Translations under genes and position numbers: made by a program | In this document: piece after piece, positions 60,278 to 64,000 of the stretch | Layout: the number at the start of each line of letters is the position of its first letter | How positions within the stretch are numbered: position 1 is the stretch's first letter | IMG/VR virus record: IMGVR_UViG_3300023239_000006 | Location: 62,001-126,000 of that record | Reading direction: 5' to 3' (one strand) | DNA: 64,000 bases | DNA from: an uncultured virus (IMG/VR IMGVR_UViG_3300023239_000006) | Taxonomy: Duplodnaviria > Heunggongvirae > Uroviricota > Caudoviricetes | Notes under the pieces: model-generated | What the model was told of the DNA's origin: nothing | What the model saw: only the letters and a program-made list of their open reading frames with translations | The model's database searches: none

Positions 60278-60658
60278 TTATGGTTTGTATTCGATGATAC
60301 CATCGGATTCACCGTCTTCTGACACTACAATTTCGTAGTATCGATTTGATCCATATGCTGGAATCAAATGCTTTTCCAAGATGTCTGTTGCAATCATTTC
60401 GCAACTCTTGTGATTCATTTTACCGTCTTTAATAAATTCTGCCAATGCCCACTTAACAAGGAAGAACTCTAATTCACGGTCTAAGTGTGTAACACTAATC
60501 TTTACTTCAACTTTGAACATGTGTCGATGTTCATTTTCAAGAAACTGGATACGTGGATCAATTGATCCAGCGTTTGGGTAATAGTGAAACCCTTCAAATT
60601 CTGTACGAACTTTAATAAACGTCATAGTTGCTGGGCGAATGTCTTGTTTAATAATCAT
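60278..60658 (-). CDS. QueD/PTPS-like T-fold protein
   Basis: 'FEGFH...HRHMFKVEV...ELEF...SCE.IA...VSEDGE' follows the PTPS layout (H...HxH, T/S-x-E, V-x-E); located in the deazaguanine cluster. Confidence 0.6.
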   Translation of the reverse strand: MIIKQDIRPATMTFIKVRTEFEGFHYYPNAGSIDPRIQFLENEHRHMFKVEVKISVTHLDRELEFFLVKWALAEFIKDGKMNHKSCEMIATDILEKHLIPAYGSNRYYEIVVSEDGESDGIIEYKP

Positions 60659-60903
60659 AGAATGTACTTTGATGATATAGGTCCTTTGCCTTGCAACCCG
60701 AAATGCTCTTTGATTGTAGATCTACAAAGTGTACGTTGATACTGTGCTGCCTCTGTTGGACCTTCTTTAGTAAATTGCATATTATCAATAATTGTAACAC
60801 ATTCTTCTAGCAATAGTCTAGCAAAATTCTCTTGATTGGTAACATTGACACCTAAAATATTTTCAGTTGCCTTGTCTAATGCACGTTTAATTTTTTGGTT
60901 CAT
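60655..60903 (-). CDS. hypothetical protein
   Basis: 82 aa, 'FARLLLEEC...IKEHFG' small phage protein. Confidence 0.65.
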   Translation of the reverse strand: MNQKIKRALDKATENILGVNVTNQENFARLLLEECVTIIDNMQFTKEGPTEAAQYQRTLCRSTIKEHFGLQGKGPISSKYIL

Positions 60904-61169
60904 CTCATACTTTCCATAGTTATAATTTTACCAAGTTCCTCACCGAGGTCTTTGTCATCGTGAATGATGTACATTTTATTATTGTCCTCATCACGTTTAC
61001 GATCATAGTTACGAACTTCTACTACAAAGCCGCCACTACCTTTGTAGACCTGTAGTTTCATGCCATCGCTATGAAAACGCTCTTCTGATTCTCTAGTGGG
61101 CTTCTCGTACTCAATCGCGTCGTCATTTTGATTAAGGACCCAGTTGCGGAATCGTTGTTTCAATGTCAT
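60900..61169 (-). CDS. hypothetical protein (possibly N-terminally longer)
   Basis: 89 aa from the ATG; frame stays open upstream to 61304. Confidence 0.65.
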   Translation of the reverse strand: MTLKQRFRNWVLNQNDDAIEYEKPTRESEERFHSDGMKLQVYKGSGGFVVEVRNYDRKRDEDNNKMYIIHDDKDLGEELGKIITMESMR

Positions 61170-61299
61170 TTTTATGCTCTTTACTTTATTAACTGCGGTG
61201 CGTGTGCCTTGAACTCGGCAACCGCTAGTGCCTATTCCACGTGAATTACGGGTTGATACTTTACTAGAGGAGTTGTGTATGCTGATCCATGTGGTCCCA

Positions 61300-61812
61300 T
61301 TACTTTACAATCTCATCGTTTTTGTATTGTGACCAGTCTGCAAACTTACTACGATCCATTAGCGTATGTAGACTATGAGACCATACGCCGGGATTGGTTG
61401 CTTTAAAATCTTTATCATCAATCTTTAGCATTGTATTATAATTCCATAACTTGATATATGGAATAGGCACACGAATCTGCGGAATAAAGTTATTGTATTC
61501 GCAGTAACCGCTTTCATGAAACTCTTCTACCTGGCTCATTGGAATATCTAGACTGCACAGATACTCTTTCTTCAAAAAGTAAAAGATCATCTCTTCCCAA
61601 CACTTATGCTCTTCGTAGTCTTTAGGGTTAAAACTATGATTAGCGCCAAAGAAGATATGCTCACAGCCCTGTAAATTCAATGCAATATTTCCTACAGGTT
61701 GTACGCCTGTAACAAACAAAGTTTTTAACCCGTATGCAGGAGTATGTTCTACTTCATTACCGATAAAGAATACAATATCGTCAGCAACGCCGTCTGCGTA
61801 ATCACGTTTCAT
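61300..61812 (-). CDS. hypothetical protein
   Basis: 170 aa, GGAGG RBS; within the deazaguanine cluster. Confidence 0.75.
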   Translation of the reverse strand: MKRDYADGVADDIVFFIGNEVEHTPAYGLKTLFVTGVQPVGNIALNLQGCEHIFFGANHSFNPKDYEEHKCWEEMIFYFLKKEYLCSLDIPMSQVEEFHESGYCEYNNFIPQIRVPIPYIKLWNYNTMLKIDDKDFKATNPGVWSHSLHTLMDRSKFADWSQYKNDEIVK

Positions 61813-62249
61813 TCTTCAAAACCTCCATCTTTCATTTCTTGTGTGCGTTTACGTTCTTGCAGTTCTGCTTCATGGACATCACACAATGTACGTATCCATC
61901 CGTCGCCTCGTCTCTTTCCAACACTACCACACTCTTCGCATGTAATGTCTGCCCACGATTCTGCCATGCTAACTAGACCGCGAATGTAGTCATCGCCGCC
62001 ATCGTAGTAGAAACGCAGTCCACCAAACTTTTCTTTAATCTGTGCCACAGTTACTTGTGGAACAACTTCCGCTGTTTTATTCTTCCAGTTGAGGTGATGC
62101 TGGATATTAGAACAGAGTGTTTCTAACAGTAGATACCAGCCAGCGCCTACAGAAAAGCCGCCGTAATCACCTGCAAACATCTTGGGAAACTGTTCTTCCA
62201 TATTCTTGGCAAATGTTTCGTACTTGTTAAGTCCTTGATCTTCACCCAT
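61809..62249 (-). CDS. hypothetical protein with C-terminal Zn-binding motif
   Basis: 'QIKEKFGGLRFY...CEECG...TLCDVH'; start at a TAATG overlap. Confidence 0.7.
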   Translation of the reverse strand: MGEDQGLNKYETFAKNMEEQFPKMFAGDYGGFSVGAGWYLLLETLCSNIQHHLNWKNKTAEVVPQVTVAQIKEKFGGLRFYYDGGDDYIRGLVSMAESWADITCEECGSVGKRRGDGWIRTLCDVHEAELQERKRTQEMKDGGFEE

Positions 62250-62452
62250 TACCATGTACTCAAATCAGTGATGTCAATTTTAGTATCGACATCTTTATCA
62301 TTGTCATTAAAGAGATTAAATTCAATAGTAATCCCTTCCCCTATGCCACTACTACGATCTACCCTGATAGTGAACCATTCTATTTCTTTAAAATGGGTCA
62401 CTATCTCGGTGAGCTTTTCAATTTGTTTACGATTAAGTGATAGTGTATTCAT
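62249..62452 (-). CDS. hypothetical protein
   Basis: 67 aa directly downstream of a sigma70-type promoter. Confidence 0.6.
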   Translation of the reverse strand: MNTLSLNRKQIEKLTEIVTHFKEIEWFTIRVDRSSGIGEGITIEFNLFNDNDKDVDTKIDITDLSTW

Positions 62453-62458
62453 ACATTA

Positions 62459-62487
62459 ATTATAGCATCAAATTGCTCAGTTAGCAA
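62459..62487 (-). promoter_or_regulatory. sigma70-type promoter (likely leaderless)
   Basis: TTGCTA, 17-nt spacer ending TGc, TATAAT 6 nt before ATG 62452. Confidence 0.65.
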
Positions 62488-62489
62488 TG

Positions 62490-63998
62490 TTATTCTGCTA
62501 CCAGTTTATCCAACTCGCCATCTTCGCGATCATCGTTCCACGAATCCTTGTCTTCACTGCCTTCTTCATAGAACAGATCGTTTGAGATATTCGTAACGCC
62601 ACCACGCAAGCGTGAGCCTTCCAAATTCTGCATAAAGCCTCTAGTCTCTGCGTCAGCAATCATAGCAAATGCGGATTCTTTGTCTGGACAGCCAAACAGC
62701 TCTTCAACAAAACGATCAAAGTACAGAATGTTACGGGGAACCCAATCACTATACTCGTCACTCATGTCACGATCTTTGTTCTTCTTCCACAGTCTCCAGT
62801 CTGGTCGGATCTTAGCCTGTTCAATATCTGCCAAGTTGTTAGCACGTTGTACAGCAACAATATGTTGATAAACATTATGACCCATCATCAGTGCATAACC
62901 AAAGCTGTCCCACGAAGTCTTGCCTTCTTTGCCAATCTTGTTTAGCATTCCTGGCTTGTAGTGACAGATATCTGAAACATTTAGTCTGCGACCAATCTCG
63001 CTTTCGAATGGAAACGGAATGTCCGGGCGCGACGCAAGTGCTTTATTATCTGGAGCTTTGTCCATAATAACACTCCACCGCTTGGCTGTATGCTGACTGT
63101 TAGTGTAAACAAGTCCGTGTGCAGTTGCAATAAACGGCGACGCACAATCAAAGCTAATTGTAAAGTTAGGATTAATATGTTTACGGACCTGACGTTGAAT
63201 ACTGGTCAAATAGCACGACCAATCTAATTGTGCAGTGCCCAAGAAGTGCATCCAATCCTTGCCTTCTAGCATACCGTCAAACCGCATAGTGATTATGCGG
63301 CGTAGTGCAATATGCATCTTACACATATTCGCACCGCCCATTGCCCACCCTTCAGCGGCTTTATCGCCCCAAACTTTCTTATCGCTAAACTCTTTAACAC
63401 CTTCGTACCACGCTTCGGCAGTATCCCAGTTACTACCTTGTAGAACGTTTAGGAACTTAGTAGCACCTAAACGATTGTCCAAGAAGTACTTGTTATTGTG
63501 ACGAGTTTTATCTAGACAGTCTTCAAATGACTTTAGTCCTGTCTTTGGACTATGAATATGGTCACATGCCCACGTAGGAACGTCTAGCATCATTGACCAA
63601 TCAGCAGTTAGTTCAAGCCAGTTAAGAATATCATCACGAGTCTTGTTAGCTTTTTTGCCTTCAAAGTCTAGCCAATCAAACTTAAGGATACCTTTACCAA
63701 TCTGGTAACCACCGGAGTCGCCCAAGATCATTGTTTTGTTGCGATCACGTTGCTGAATCATTGAGTCATGATCCATAGTCTTAACTAGATCTAGTTGTGC
63801 ATGGCCTGCTGAATACAATCCGTACTTGTAATAGAAGTATCCTTCTTCTGGGTTTAAGAAGTTCATACCTTCGATGCCTCGATCAAAACCCGCTGGAATT
63901 CGATCTTTGGGTACAAAATCTCCCTTGCGTTGTTTTGCCACGTAGGTAGAATAGAAACTACTAATCGCAGGCAAATAGACTGCGTAGTCTTTCTGTAG
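62490..63998 (-). CDS. TGT-fold guanine transglycosylase (DpdA-like), 5' end outside the window
   Basis: DSGGYQ, MMLD.P, NVLQG, GWAMGG, HFLG, SFD and MGHNV motifs. The frame remains open to the window edge (LQKDYAVYLPAI). Confidence 0.8.
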   Translation of the reverse strand, partial: LQKDYAVYLPAISSFYSTYVAKQRKGDFVPKDRIPAGFDRGIEGMNFLNPEEGYFYYKYGLYSAGHAQLDLVKTMDHDSMIQQRDRNKTMILGDSGGYQIGKGILKFDWLDFEGKKANKTRDDILNWLELTADWSMMLDVPTWACDHIHSPKTGLKSFEDCLDKTRHNNKYFLDNRLGATKFLNVLQGSNWDTAEAWYEGVKEFSDKKVWGDKAAEGWAMGGANMCKMHIALRRIITMRFDGMLEGKDWMHFLGTAQLDWSCYLTSIQRQVRKHINPNFTISFDCASPFIATAHGLVYTNSQHTAKRWSVIMDKAPDNKALASRPDIPFPFESEIGRRLNVSDICHYKPGMLNKIGKEGKTSWDSFGYALMMGHNVYQHIVAVQRANNLADIEQAKIRPDWRLWKKNKDRDMSDEYSDWVPRNILYFDRFVEELFGCPDKESAFAMIADAETRGFMQNLEGSRLRGGVTNISNDLFYEEGSEDKDSWNDDREDGELDKLVAE

Positions 63999-64000
63999 GG

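Noticed and set aside
6625..63501. Numerous 60-213 aa ORFs antisense to or nested in long genes (e.g. 6625-7266, 29472-29963, 34605-35093, 54567-54917)
   Set aside because: They overlap well-supported genes, show no recognisable motifs, and are expected from codon bias on the opposite strand.
1..64000. Stop-codon reassignment (as in some large phages)
   Set aside because: Very long intact ORFs under code 11; TAA, TAG and TGA all terminate recognisable genes at expected positions.

Overview
This 64-kb window comes from a large T4-like (myovirus-type) dsDNA phage genome. It uses the standard genetic code, is very gene-dense, and shows no tRNAs, CRISPR arrays or recognisable mobile elements. 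Left end: a gp26-like baseplate-hub/tail-assembly gene and a small downstream ORF, apparently joined by a -1 slippery site. Convergent with these is a minus-strand block of gp55-like late sigma factor, gp47/gp46 (Mre11/Rad50-like) and a stand-alone GIY-YIG nuclease. The nuclease is followed directly by about 530 nt of non-coding sequence that folds into an ornate, GNRA-capped RNA on the same strand. 6.7-40.9 kb (+): baseplate and tail-fibre operon with gp53-, gp5-, gp25- and gp6-like genes, a 4595-aa modular wedge protein and four paralogous fibre proteins. 40.9-51.4 kb (+): a probable virion-glycosylation cassette (glycosyltransferases, radical SAM, NDP-sugar dehydratase, 2OG-Fe(II) oxygenase, SGNH-like proteins). 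51.4-64 kb (-): small hypothetical genes, a T4-type RNase H and a 7-deazaguanine cluster (TGT/DpdA-like, QueD-like, GT-B glycosyltransferase, folE, phosphoribosyltransferase, queE). Top leads: (1) the large structured RNA beside the GIY-YIG nuclease, (2) the gpG/gpGT-style frameshift in the gp26-like gene, (3) possible glycosylated 7-deazaguanine DNA modification. All family calls come from motif recognition by eye; no database search or folding program was run.
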